Source: Anthoceros angustus
Taxonomy: Eukaryota > Plantae > Anthocerotophyta
Assembly: GCA_010909165.1 (NCBI GenBank)
Contig: VJWM01000103.1
Coordinates: 62,001-126,000 of the forward strand
Reading direction: 5' to 3'
Length of the DNA stretch: 64,000 nucleotides
The position numbers and the translations under genes are program-made. The notes under the pieces were generated by a model. It did no database searches, was not told the DNA's origin, and saw nothing but the letters and a program-made list of their open reading frames with translations. Within the stretch, counting starts at the first letter, position 1. Every line of letters starts with the position of its first letter. Below are positions 38,152 to 50,750 of the stretch, piece by piece.

Positions 38152-39725
38152 ATGACGGACGAAAGAGAACACGCATCGGCTCCACAAGAGGAACAGGAAA
38201 GTCCTATTCCGGAAAGTGGGTCTCAAGCTTGGCAGTCTTACGATCCGGATATGCTAGTGGATGATGCATCAACTTCTGATAGGCCTTCATCCACTAGAGA
38301 GTCTATAGACTCAGATCCGGATATGCTAGTGGATGATACATCAACTTCTGATAGGACTTCATCCACTAGAGAGTCTATATCAGAGCCGGATATGCTACTG
38401 GATGATGCATCAACTTCTGATAGGCCTTCATCCACTAGAGAGTCTATAGACTCAGGTTTAGAGACCACAATTCTTAATATGCCGTCATCCAGTACACAAT
38501 CAATAGACTCGCGCTTAGAGTCCATGGTTCTTAATATGTCACCATCCAATACACAGCTAGTTAACAATTTTGGCGAATTCAGCACAGAGATGGTACTAGA
38601 TTCGTTCTCAGAGCAGTTAGTGACCACCACAGCTCTTGATGGAAGGTCCAGTGCGCAATTAGTAGACTCGCGCTTAGAGACCACTACGGAAATCTTAGAG
38701 ACCACAGAAATCTTACATATACCAGAACTTGATGCGTTGTCATCCAACACTCAATCAGTAGACCCGCAGTCACAGACTCTACAACAAATCTTACCAGGCT
38801 ATGGGCAATATGAACACCCGCAGGCAGATGTTGTGCGGCATATAATGCATGCCCTTGGTCAGCTGACCTCGACCAGGACCCAGTCAATGGATCGGGAGCA
38901 AACATCACATGCAACTCGTCCAATGAGCTCGTTCAGGACCCTGTCAATGATTCGGGAGCAATTGTTACATGACCCTCATGAGATGAGGTCATCCGCGACG
39001 CAATCAATGGGACATGATTCGTACCTTCCGATCATGACACAAACCTCACAAGCAACGTGGTTTAATCCAGTTTCAAATTATTCAACATTGATGCGTCATT
39101 TATCACAGATTCGAGGAGACTTCCAAGCGTAAGTTTATAAGTCCTTATACTTCCCTTAAAGTTTGTAAGTGTGCATAATTGTGATGTATATATTTTTATA
39201 CTAATAATATGCTATGTATGTCTTATGTTATATAGGGAAGACTATGACATGCTATTAGCTCTAGATGCACATAATCCTACTAAAGGAGTTGCCGATGACG
39301 TCATCAAGGCGGTACCGAGCATTGTGATTGAGGTATGCATCTCAAACAAAGTTCTATACGATAGTTTGTATTGTATTGTATTTAAATGTGCTTCACTTTG
39401 TTTTAAAATTTTGGTTTTGATGTTATTGAATCTTTTTTTTTTAACAGTTTACGGATCCAACATACGGCGATTGCGTTGTGTGTCAAGAAATACTCATGGC
39501 AGCTAGAGCAATTGTGAAACAACTCCCATGCTTGCATTTATTTCATGACGAGGTACTCATCTATTCATCACCATCCACGTTTGCATCATGTCAACTTATT
39601 ATGCATATTTTTTCTTTCATTAACTCAATCTATTTTGTTTGTATGTGTAGTGCATTACTCCATGGTTGCACAAGGAGTCTTTTTGTCCTATTTGTAAACA
39701 AAATGTAAACAACATAGAAGAATAG
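38152..39725 (+). CDS. RING-H2 E3 ligase-like protein with repetitive acidic/Ser-Thr N-terminus, 4 exons
   Basis: Spliced product: GDFQAEDYDMLLALD ... CVVCQE...[26 protein letters not shown] (C3H2C3); three ~24-aa repeats DPDMLVDDASTSDRPSSTRESIDS. Confidence 0.8.
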
Positions 39726-40311
39726 GTAGCGTGAAGTCTACTTAACCAAAATGACCACCTATAGTTATTTTTATATGTCAGGAGCTAGGGTTTCCTATAA
39801 CGGGATGGTAATGGAATGGTGATGTAGTGCGACAACAGAATGGATAGGATTTCATATAACGGAATAGGCGGCATCATACGCGATGTCACGGTGAGCAACG
39901 AGATATGTGGATGAGTATGGGGCATCATATGGTGCATGTAGGACACTAGCACATACCCGTAGGATACTCGCACATCATTGAGACTTGGCAAGCGGTTACA
40001 TTTGTAGAGTCATGCTAGTCCCGAACCCAACACGTGTAACAAGTTATACGATAGGATAATATACCTTCCTATATAATTTTATATTACCTCATAAATCATA
40101 AATAAATAAATAAAAATTGAATAAATATTCTGATTTCTTTTATCTATATAACACCATGACTTTTAAGATTGGCTCGTAATCTAGATTTCAACACCAAATG
40201 AAATATTTAGAGGACACCTAAATAGGAGTGTAGAACATACTTCAACATAGCCTTTATCGGTCTTTGTTTCTTTCATACCAACTTCTTGCTAGCTAATGCT
40301 TGTGCTTATAA

Positions 40312-40710
40312 ATGCCAGCTATGTCTTCTAGCAAGCAAATAACGATCACATCTATATTTAAGCATGCAACTAGAGAGGAGAGGGACAAGGAATTAGAAAG
40401 GGAGAAGAAGGCGTTGGAAGATACTGCCCATGCACATGCATCATCCCCCAATGTGTCAAAGAGACCAATTGGAAGGCCATGTGGAGTTGCTCTTTTCATT
40501 GATTCAAAGAGCTTGGTGCACGTGGGAAAGGTAAAGAGAAAGATAAACAAGAAGGTGGTTCTTCTTCCAAGATTGCAAGAATAGGAATGGAAAGAGGAAG
40601 GTATACTAATTGGTGTACTCCTGACCTATGGCCTCCTATTGCAGCTAATGTCAAGGCATATGTAAGTTTCAATGATGCCATATTCTATTTGAGAAGAGTA
40701 CACAAAAACC
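40312..40710 (+). mobile_element. Disrupted N-terminal fragment of a probable DNA-transposon protein
   Basis: KRPIGRP followed, after a frame break, by KRGRYTNWCTPDLWPPIAANVK, a motif I recall from pogo-like transposon ORFs of non-seed plants; AT-rich context. Confidence 0.35.
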
Positions 40711-41138
40711 GTGGATCCGTGACGCCGACATCTTTTGCATCAGAAGCTGACGAGCATTGCTAGCTTGCATATTGATCGGAACCTCGGGATGTTGATCATC
40801 TGCTGATCACAGCCCGCACCCAACATCCTCCCTTGACCCATTTTATGCCTGTTTCGCTCTACATGCACACCCGAAATCTCCAAATGGGCAACCCAAAACT
40901 AACTGTTACGGTGCAAATGCATGTCATGCATTTGCTCGAAGCTCATTGAGCTGAGTCTCACAGTTTTACATGCACACGAAATCTCCAAATGGGCAACCCA
41001 AAACTAATCACATTGCAAATGCATGAGCTTCGAGCCCAGTTTGTCTTGTGGAAAAACTGGTTGTCCTTCGTTTCGTAGATACCTCTTATGTAATCAGCGG
41101 GATCAGTCCTTGGAGATCCGATGATTAGTTGTTGGGGA

Positions 41139-42010
41139 TGTTAGAAAAAGATATGAGCCTCTATTAAGAGGAAACACAACCCTCCCACACTTATAAAAAC
41201 GTCGTGATTAAGCATCCTGAGCTTGGATCGGTACTTAGATGGGGTGCTTAAAGGGAGTGGATGCCCTTGGTGCAAGTAGCTTAGGCACACCTTGGTACAA
41301 GTTGTTAAGTACCAAGTCCCATGACGGAAATCCGTCCTTAGTGGACTTAAATAAAATTCTTCTTCTTCTTCATACAATATGGGTGATATGTATTTAGCAC
41401 ACTAGGTACTAGCACACAAGCCCACTTGCACACACCACACACCACACCCCACACATAGGTGGGTTTGGCCTTATATAGTCCTCAACCTTGAATCTTATTG
41501 GTCTCTTGATACTTGATATGTTGTACTAAATCATTTCTAACACTCATACTCAACATATCAAAATTATTCCCTTAGGCCTGGCATCTTGCTAAACCTAGCA
41601 TGTTTGTCTAAAGTCAAGCCTTTAGTCAACATATCTGCCGGCATGTCTCCTGTTGGACAATACTCTAGCTTTATCTCCTTTGACTTGACCTTCTCTCTTG
41701 CAAAGTGATGTTTCACTTTGATGTGTTTGGTTCTAGCCTGAAAAGTTGCATTCTGGACTGAGAAGATGCAACCTTGATTGTCGTTGAAGATTGTTGTTGC
41801 TCCCTTTGGCTCGAATCCCATCTCCACTAACAAGTTACACAACCATATTGTCTTCGTGACTTCAGAGCATGTTGCCATATATTCTGCTTCTATAAAGAAT
41901 CTAGCCACATTAGGTTGTTTCCTGCTATTCCAAAAAATGGCTCCCCCATTCAACATAAACATATATCCAGTGGTAGATTTACGACTATCACCTTGCCCTG
42001 CCTAGTCTGA
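41139..42010 (-). mobile_element. Truncated Ty1/Copia retrotransposon: RNase H fragment plus one 404-bp LTR (41139-41542)
   Basis: WNSRKQ..EAEYMA..DNQG..RTKHIKVKHHFARE..ADMLTKGL. LTR bounded by TGTTAGAAA...TTTCTAACA with an internal TATATAA and a degenerate polypurine tract before it. Confidence 0.88.
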
Positions 42011-42228
42011 ATCATAATATTCTACTATTCGAACTTCTACTATTCAGACTATTCAGACTTCTACTATTCGGACTTCCTGCTGATGTCGAAAGAGGTGACA
42101 TGAAGTATTTCAGGTGGCAATCAGACTGTCGTTCAGGACGATAGATGGTAAGCATGACTCCTACTATTCGGACTTCCTGCTGATGCTCTTGTTGATGCAC
42201 GATGCCGAAAGAGGTGACATGAAGCATT

Positions 42229-45200
42229 TCAGGTGGCAATCAGACTCTCGTTGAGGACGATAGATGGTAAGCATGACTCTACCAGCTCTTCGGGAATGGG
42301 GGAGTACTTGGACAGAGACAGCAGCCAAGCAACAGCGTTGGTGACCTCGGTAGGTACATCTTCCTTCTTCTTATTGTAGTCCCCAAAGCTGGAAGTCACA
42401 GACACATTCTCGATTTGGGTTCGAATGTACTGCCCCAGGTATTGCACATACTGCGTCGAGTGGCAAGGGTGAAGCTGGTGAAAGAAGGCACCTAAACCTA
42501 CCACTAGGGGACAACAGTCTATTGCCGTCTTTTTCATCCGGCTGGTGAGGGAACCAAGGTGGCTGTCAAGAACATACCTGGGTAGCAAGGAAATGGTGAC
42601 CACCAAGAGCAGCAGCGGAGTGTCATCTGAGGCAGGTGCAGTTAGATACAGCGAGCTTAATGGGCTGTGGACACCACACATTTGTAGCTGCTTGCTCAGC
42701 TCCTCCACAATCTTCACCTTCCCGTCCCAGGAGGTGCTATCTGCGGCTTCGGAGTCTATTACAGTAGCAGATTTCAACCTGGAACTCACACTCATGTCGG
42801 CTAGAACAGCCGCATTCATTCCCTCCAAGGCGAAGGAAATGGAGCTCGAATCCACCTTGGACGCAGCACGGACGTGCGATGCAATAAGACATCTAAGGAG
42901 CTGAATCTGTCCCACATGTGCCAGACTCTCCACCCAAGAGCTCCACCCTGGAGACGATGCCACGAGGCCAGCAGCCTCAGCATACACAGCCGGACCTACA
43001 TCAGGAATTGCCGATGGAGGAGTGAGAGCATCCTTGAGCAGCCGCAACTGCTTCTTCATTCCAGCATCCAACAAAGTTGATGAGGGCGCTGCGCAGGCCA
43101 GGCATAGCTGAAGCCGTTTGATGGCATCGAAGCTGAGCAGACGGTCAAGCCCTATCATTCCAGCAGGCCCCAGGGTGGCTTGAAGCATGGTGAACATACG
43201 CAGCCCGACAAGTTCTTTGCCCTCTGCATCAAACCACCCACTCATGGGAGCCAAATACATTGAACGTGATGGATGCGTCAGCTGGACAAGTTTATGAACC
43301 AGCCTCCCCATAAAATTGTGCGAGTTGGAAGGATCCTTGGCGGGGGCAGGGCAGTCCGGTATGGGGATGGATCTGCTTTGATACAGACTACCCCATTCTT
43401 GGTTCTTCCGTTTCAGATACGCTGCGCATTCCTGCTCCAGATTGTAGTTGATGATCCTGGTGAACTCTTCTTGCCAAACCTGCAACCCATGGATGTGCAC
43501 ATAGTCTTGAAAATACTCCATGGACCGCCGCTGCGATTGCAAAGTCAGATTCAGCTCTTGCAGCTTTTCCTCCAGCTCCTCCACCCGCCCTGTAGGAAAA
43601 ACCAGGTGCGCATGGAGAGCGACGGCTATCTGCTTAACCAGTTGTTTCCTGATCCCGTCCTCCAACAACTGCCTCGGGTCCAGCTCAATAGCGCCTATAA
43701 ACGTCTTCTTCATGGACATAACCCCCTGCGTGAAGACGGCAACTCGATTAGTAGCCTTGGCCAGCGCATGACGCTCCGCCAGCTGCGCATGATCTCGCAG
43801 ATTATCCTTCACCAGCCGCGCGGGACAGTCCCGCAGCTGCTGCGTCTGAACAGCTATGATGTCGTTGAGGATGGCAAACATGGTCACCGGTATGATCTCC
43901 AACACCGCACGCACATAAGCTACCACCTCCGACGAGTAGTACTCGGACACAGAAAATAAATCCGCACTCCCACACTGCGCGATCCGAAGCAGAGGCGTGT
44001 CCAGGATGCTCCGCAGCTTGAGAAACAGGCACTGCAGCTTCATCACAGTCAGAGGATTGTCTCGTATCCGCACATGAATCCTCTCCGTGAACGCTCCAAC
44101 CAATCCCCACGCATACGCCGCATCCCCCACAACCGAGATGGTCCCCAGCACGCTCTCTTGCAGATTAAGAGTGCGAATCATCTCCTGCAGCTGCGTCTTG
44201 CTCTCACTCAAGTACTGCTTCGTCTGCAGGCTCCCCTCGATCTGGTGAAACTGCTCCACCTCCTTGAGCGCAGCTACCATATGCTGGATCTTCCTCCCCG
44301 CGCCGTGCTCCTCCGCGTAGTCCAGCAACTGCACCTGCGCCGCCATCTCCGCGAACCACCGCTGCAGATTCTCGTCCCTCACCCTCTTCGACAGCACCTT
44401 GGACCCGGAAAAGAAATCCGAGAGCTCCAGCATGCAGTCCGCGGCGTGCGCCCTGCACTGCCGCCATCTCACCTCCTTCCCCTGCATCAGATCCCCGTAC
44501 ACCCGCTTCAGCTCGAACTCCAAACTGGCCGTGTTGAGCAGCAAGGACAGCAGCACATCCTCCGTCACAGCATTAGCAGCGCAGCATCCCAGCACAGCCT
44601 CCCGCAGCTTCCTGCTGCCAGTGGTCTGGTGCAGCAGCAGCCATCGCAGCGTAACATTACATTCCCGCAAACAGGAGAGCAGCGCGGGAACGTTCTTGAG
44701 CACATACTCCTGCGTCAGTACTCCCTCCAGCAGAAACACCTTCAGCTCCCCGAGCAAATTCATCACCTTGGACGCATGCGCCTGCGCAACCTCCCGGACA
44801 GCGGGCAGCGCCAGGGTCGGGACCAGCGCGGCCCTGGCCGCCTTGAACCTGTCCCATGCCTGGGACAGGTCCATGGTGAAGCCGAGGAAGATCGGCACCA
44901 CAAAGGACCCCTTGAAATACCTGTCCACGATCTCCCGCATCACCCCGACATCGTTGTGCAGGATGTGCGGGGCCTGGAAGAGCAGCACCAGCAGGGCCCC
45001 GGCCTGGGCCGCCAGGGCGGCTGTGCGGTGCTCCGAGCGAGGGAAGTGGCGCGCCGCGTTGTAGATGTCCCCGCCGCGGAGCCGCTCGATGGTGGTGAGC
45101 ACCACGTGGCTCGGGAAGGGAAAGCGCGCCAGGAGCTCCTCGGGCCGGGGCACGGCCAGCATGGTGGACGGCACCGGAAGCTGCTGAGGCTGCAGCTGCA

Positions 45201-45795
45201 GCAAAGCCGCGGCCATGGCTGCCACGCCGGCCACCGGGGTCGCGGCCGGGGCGCGGCAAAGGGAGCACACGGCATCGAAGTTGCGCGCCTCCCCGCCCTT
45301 GGCGCGGTAGAAGGCGATGAGGAGGCGCTCCCGGAGGGGGCCAGGGATGCGGTGCTCCAGGAGGAGCAGGAGCAGGCCGTGCAGGAGCAGCGCCTCCACC
45401 AGGAGCTGCCTGCCCTCATCCGTGTCCAGGAGGGCGTCCAGGGCCGAGGCTCCAAGGCCATGGATGTTGTCCGCCTCGCTGCTGTCCAGGAACGTGAGCA
45501 GGTCGCCGTGGTAGCGGACGATGCCGTAGAAGAGGAGATAGAAGCGCTCCAAAAGCGGCAGGAACGACTCGCGCAGCTCCTCGTCCAGTGCTAGCAGCTC
45601 ATCGCTCGCCTCCACCCGCTCCTCGAACAGCTCCGGGGATTTGAGGTAGCGCAGATCGAAGAGCAAGGGCACGTACCGGGGCTCTTGGAACGCGGTCGGC
45701 ACGCGCTCCGCGAGCCGCAGTAGCTCCGCCACGAGCGCCTGGCCTGTGCTCACCAGGCGAACCACGGATGCCTCCACGCCGCCTCCTTCCGCCAT
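42229..45795 (-). CDS. WASHC5: WASH complex subunit 5 (strumpellin), single exon, 1188 aa
   Basis: GQALVAELLRLAERVP, HRTAALAAQA, LRECNVTLRWLLLH, SVSEYYSSEVVAYVRAVLEIIP, DPRQLLEDGIRKQLV, QRRSMEYFQDYVHIHGLQVWQEEFTRIINYNLEQEC. Confidence 0.92.
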   Translation of the reverse strand: MAEGGGVEASVVRLVSTGQALVAELLRLAERVPTAFQEPRYVPLLFDLRYLKSPELFEERVEASDELLALDEELRESFLPLLERFYLLFYGIVRYHGDLLTFLDSSEADNIHGLGASALDALLDTDEGRQLLVEALLLHGLLLLLLEHRIPGPLRERLLIAFYRAKGGEARNFDAVCSLCRAPAATPVAGVAAMAAALLQLQPQQLPVPSTMLAVPRPEELLARFPFPSHVVLTTIERLRGGDIYNAARHFPRSEHRTAALAAQAGALLVLLFQAPHILHNDVGVMREIVDRYFKGSFVVPIFLGFTMDLSQAWDRFKAARAALVPTLALPAVREVAQAHASKVMNLLGELKVFLLEGVLTQEYVLKNVPALLSCLRECNVTLRWLLLHQTTGSRKLREAVLGCCAANAVTEDVLLSLLLNTASLEFELKRVYGDLMQGKEVRWRQCRAHAADCMLELSDFFSGSKVLSKRVRDENLQRWFAEMAAQVQLLDYAEEHGAGRKIQHMVAALKEVEQFHQIEGSLQTKQYLSESKTQLQEMIRTLNLQESVLGTISVVGDAAYAWGLVGAFTERIHVRIRDNPLTVMKLQCLFLKLRSILDTPLLRIAQCGSADLFSVSEYYSSEVVAYVRAVLEIIPVTMFAILNDIIAVQTQQLRDCPARLVKDNLRDHAQLAERHALAKATNRVAVFTQGVMSMKKTFIGAIELDPRQLLEDGIRKQLVKQIAVALHAHLVFPTGRVEELEEKLQELNLTLQSQRRSMEYFQDYVHIHGLQVWQEEFTRIINYNLEQECAAYLKRKNQEWGSLYQSRSIPIPDCPAPAKDPSNSHNFMGRLVHKLVQLTHPSRSMYLAPMSGWFDAEGKELVGLRMFTMLQATLGPAGMIGLDRLLSFDAIKRLQLCLACAAPSSTLLDAGMKKQLRLLKDALTPPSAIPDVGPAVYAEAAGLVASSPGWSSWVESLAHVGQIQLLRCLIASHVRAASKVDSSSISFALEGMNAAVLADMSVSSRLKSATVIDSEAADSTSWDGKVKIVEELSKQLQMCGVHSPLSSLYLTAPASDDTPLLLLVVTISLLPRYVLDSHLGSLTSRMKKTAIDCCPLVVGLGAFFHQLHPCHSTQYVQYLGQYIRTQIENVSVTSSFGDYNKKKEDVPTEVTNAVAWLLSLSKYSPIPEELVESCLPSIVLNESLIAT

Positions 45796-46517
45796 CTCCA
45801 GCCTTGGCTTCAGCTCCGCCCATCAGGAATGCCAGCCTTCGCCCCCTAATAAGCTCGCCATCTACGTCTTCAGGCAGCAGGTGGCAAGCCGCTTGAGGAG
45901 GAAGAGAATGAACGGAATGTAGCCAAACCAGCTAGCTATATTGAGGACCCAGCTCTTGTGAGGGCTGAAGATAATCTAGGTAGTTACAAGCCAAAGAATG
46001 GAAGGGAATTCACCCGCTATTGTACATGTCCTGGCCTGTCTTGTCTGTCGGGCCCAGGAGCTAGGTTATGTACGTACTATGTAGTGGTAGCAGCCGAAGC
46101 AAAGCAACCATCCGGAGCACAGGCGAGAAGGCAACGTGACTACCACACCCCGCAGCTAGCTGGCTTGAAGTCAAGGTCTAGGCACAGCACGAGTCAGATA
46201 AACGCCAGACCATAACCCCTCAGCAAAGACTGCCTAAGACTGCCTCACTACTTCACAGCTCAGGGCTTGGTGGCAACGTCAGCCAGGTTGCACACCGGAA
46301 GGCAACAGAAGCTGAAAACATTACCGACTGAATGAGCTATCTAACTGCTACACGAACCGATTGTAGGTGTACTAGTACTACTACCCAAGAATATATGACA
46401 AGAATGAGAAGATACCACATGCGCCTTACCAAACTAATATCTCTAATGCAGGCTGGCCAGCCCAGCTCCCCACATGCTTACTCGACCAACCACTCACACC
46501 AGCTATGAGTATACGTT

Positions 46518-48921
46518 TCAGATACATTTCTTCTCCGCCTTGAAGTTGATATTGAACCACTTTTTCGGTTTGGAGCTCCTATCCTTGTCCGTCGTCGGTC
46601 CGTCATCCAGAAGCGAGTCCTTGAACTCTTCATCTCTTACCTCTCTCACATCTTCTGTCGCACCCGCCTTGATGAACTGATCTTTATTTTGACTTTTCTT
46701 CGTTGAGGGAATTGAAGTGAAAGACTCATGAATCTTGTCTCTCGTCTTCAATAGCTCATCCACCTGAAATAACAAGATTGCACTTCAGATGCCAGCACCG
46801 CAAGCTGTCTGCTGCAAAATTGAGCACAATGAAAATGACGGCGGGAGAGGAGGGGGCGGGGTGCCTCACAGAATGCTTTTCTTGAGAGTACTTCTGTGTC
46901 ACTGCCTGAAACCTGTTTAGAACCTGCATCGAAAACACAGCACCTCTGAAAACCAAATCAAGCACCGAAAGCTGGATGCCTTGCAATTACACCATCTTTG
47001 AATCACAACAAGCACATGGGGTATCCTCGAATCATATGGAAAGAGCAATGCACACACCTCACGATATTCAGCTTCAAACTGGCGCAGATCATCCCTCTTC
47101 GCAACTATTTGAGCTTCAACTGACTTCAACTTTTGGGTTGATTCAGAGAATTTTTCTGCAGATACAGCTTCAATTGTGTAGCTGGCACTCTTGAAGAAAT
47201 TGTCACCTGCCCATGGAAATAACAAGTCCCTTAAGATTTCAGATTTTCTTTGAAAACACCCCTGGCAGCAAACAACATTCTCACCATATACAGCAAAGAT
47301 GTGTGTTCCTCCCTTCAACGTCGACATCTCACAAGGCTGCAAACCATCTAATCTCTTGAAAAATGCTGCATCAGGGTCCTTTGCAAGCAACAACTGCAAA
47401 GAGATACATTGTCAATACCCCACCATCAAAGAAAGACTGCAGCACGGTAATTCAGTTTCTGATTTCCAAGAGGAAGAAAGGATGATGACAGAGACACTCA
47501 CTGCATTGACTGTTGGATCTAACCGGTAAACTTGAAAGTGCAAGAAGAACATCCCAGCTGACGTGACCTTCCCTGTCTTGATGCTGTCCTCCTGACGACA
47601 AGAGCGTAATTACCAACCATTCCCAGTTTTAAGACCCAGATGAGATAAATAGGGAAATTGCATACCAGCTCCAAGAAGGAGGAGGAGGAGGAGGAAACCA
47701 ACCTGCAACGCCAGCCCCAAGCCAGCATTCTCCTCCTGTTCAAAGTACAACAGCTGCAAAAGAAAAGACCAGCTATGAGAACAAGCACATCATTCAATGC
47801 AGCTCTACCATACACCATATCCAGCTCTACACTCTTGCCAGAAGATGCGGCCACAATACAAGCTAACCTTGAATTTGCTCTGTGAAGGCGAAACGACCCG
47901 TACAACAATCCCTGCTTCAGCCTGTGCATCTGATATGGTGACACCAAAAAAGTGTGCACCTTGTTTCTCAACCTGCATTCACATGATGCTCATCTGTCAC
48001 CCAGAAATATGACACAGGCATCTGTAGTATGCAAAGGCATCAGTACCCCTGCAAGCAAGTGATGACCTTGTCTACATGGGGCCTGCCAAGAGGTAGTGGT
48101 TTGATTGTGACTGTTCCTTTCAGTGCATCCTCCAAAACCGTGGCTGATATTGTGGTCTTGATAGGAACTCCAAGTTTACTGAAGAAGACAGGAAAGCAGT
48201 ATAAGCCATTGTCAACATAAGTGACCTTCGTGCACATCAAGACAAGTATCTAACAACATGGCCATGGCTGTCCACCTGAACAGAGCTGCAAACATGGTGT
48301 TCACTGTTCCCAAATTTGAGAGATCAAGCTCCATGTCGAGGCCATCCACATCAATAGCCTGGAACCATCCAGATAGAGCAAATCTCATGCAAGTCAAAAT
48401 ACAAACCTGTTTGTGGCCAACTGATGACATTAACAGAGCGAAGCGCCCCGTTTCATTCTACATGCCAAGAAGCTTCATCAAGAAGAAACGAAATGCTACC
48501 TCAAATCCAGCCTCATCGTAATGCCTTCTTTTATCAGGATCCGAGAGAATGCTGTATGCATAGGAGACCTCCTTGAATTGGTCTGCAGCTTCTGGATTAT
48601 TGACATTCTTGTCAGGATGATATCTGCACGATTTTGGAGGGGTCAGGCTGTTGTCATGTCTGGAGAAATGCTGCAGAACTAGATTATACCAGCAATTTAT
48701 CAGGTTCAGGCAAGCACGGGAGTGGCTGGGCTCGCCTGCACCTGCTTCCAGGAAGATCTATCATGCATAAAAAGAACTTACTTCAGAGCTAACTTGCGAT
48801 AAGCAGTCTTGATCTGCTGCTCTGTCGCATCACGAGGCACACCTAGCACCTCATAGGGGTCTCTCCGACCAGCAGCCCGGGGAACAGACAAAGCACCATC
48901 CTCACTAGGTTTGTCCGACAT
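46518..48921 (-). CDS. ARG1: ARG1/ARL-type DnaJ protein (DnaJ15/16), multi-exon
   Basis: [10 protein letters not shown]...LKYHPDKN J-domain, [47 protein letters not shown]-terminal KKWFNINFK. Confidence 0.92.
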
Positions 48922-50148
48922 TCTTCTTCTGCGCTTTCTTCCACCTATGCTTCACGATGCTTGTCTGACGGAATCTGCCTCCCCCGATACTACAAATGAT
49001 TATCTACCAATCGATGCTCAAGCAGACTTCCCAAAGCAGCTTCCCTGCTGCATCAGTTCTCCAAAAGCATTCCCGGGTCCACGGTGCACTAGGTACCTGA
49101 TCACCACAAAAGCAAAGGCCTTTACGAATCAGAACCCCCTTCAACACCCGGGAGTTGCATACTGCCCTCACAACCATCACAGAGAATCAGCCAAAACGGC
49201 GGAAATGTACATAAACCCGGAATCTGCAATCGACCCCGCTGACAGAATTCCCCCACGAATCCCCGCAAGGGCACACACAGATCAGCAACGACAGCCAAGA
49301 CGCAGCCCCCTGATCTGATACAAACTCCGCGAAGACAAAGGCCAGTCCAAACTTCAGCATGTACGTGCCCTAGAAGACGATCCACCTCCCAAACAGATAG
49401 CTCGGGCATGACCATGAGACGAGGAGCGACGCTTTCATTATCCTGCAAAGCCAGCGGTAGGGAGCATCGATCCGTTCATACCTCCAGCGACGGCCGGAAG
49501 CGGAAGCAGAAGGCGGTCCAAAGTGGCAGCGTTTGCGGCCCCACAGTCGCCGCCGCTCCCCGAGCTTCCTCCGCTCACATCAAAATCCTGCGACCACACC
49601 ATCAGCAGCAGAAAGCTGAGAGGCGAACAGAGCAGGCCGGCGTCCGTTGCGCATCAGGTCCGAATGGCACAGCAGCACGGGTCCCTCGGCCCTGGGTGCT
49701 CCTCACTGCTGATCGGATTCCGGCATACCGCACCTGCTTGCAGAGCTCCGCGGATGGCGAGAATGAATCGTCTGAGAACTCCAGACCGCGTGTAGATGGA
49801 TTAAACACACTGCAAGATTGCACGCGCGGAGGCCAGAGATCCTCGATTTGCGGAGCGCTCACTTGGCTTCTCCAGGTCTCTTTGGCTGTTTCCTCCCACA
49901 CGGCCGTCGCCGGTCTGTTCCCGCCACAGGCTGGCGAGTCTGGCTATACCTGCTCATCTGCAGCAGACCGACAGGCTTGGCAGGTATAGCCAGAATCGCC
50001 CGGTCTCTGGCGGGAACTGACCGGCGAAAACGTGTGTGTGCGAGGCATATGCCTACATACATGCCTCGGATTACAGGAAGCTACCACCCATGTTCGGTCT
50101 TGCTTGGCTGTTTCTCACCTTCCAAGGGCTTCTAGTTTCTCATACATA

Positions 50149-50750
50149 CATCCTGGCACCCATCCAGCTAAACATTTTTAACTAACTCAGAAACTACATA
50201 GCTCTCGCCTTCTTTCACCTCAACGTTTCAAGCTTAGGAAAAAGTAGGATAATCACGGGTTCATTTCATCCCTGCATAAATAAGTGACACGTACTTAAAG
50301 GGATAAAGGGTTATTGTAGAAGTATCGCACACAAACAATTAGAGTTGCAATCGGGTTCATTTCATCCATGCATGGATTTGTGATAAGTTTTTAAAGGGTT
50401 GTTGTAGAAGTATCACACACAAACACTTACAATTGAAATTGGGTTGAGTTTCATCCTGGCACCCATCCAGCTAAACATTTTTAACTAACTCAGAAACTAC
50501 ATAGCTCTCGCCTCCTTTCACCTCAACGTTTCAAGCATAGGGAAAAGTAGGATAATCACCGGTTCATTTTATCCCTGCATGAATACGGGATACGTGTATA
50601 AAGGGTTGTTGTAGAAGTATCGCACACAAACAATTAGAGTTGCAATCGGGTTCATTTCATCCGTGCATGGATTCGTGACAAGTTTTTAAAGGGTTGTTGT
50701 AGAAGTATCACACACAACCAATTACAATTGAAATTTGGTTGAGTTTCCAA
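50149..50750. repeat. ~303-bp tandem duplication, each copy containing internal ~65-bp repeats
   Basis: catcctggcacccatccagctaaacatttttaac at ~50149 and ~50452; aaagggttgttgtagaagtatc(g/a)cacacaa occurs four times. Confidence 0.9.

Noticed and set aside
44074-45594. 506-aa ORF antisense to strumpellin, and similar antisense ORFs over URT1 and HUA2
   Set aside because: Expected shadows of GC-rich coding sequence; no recognisable motifs.
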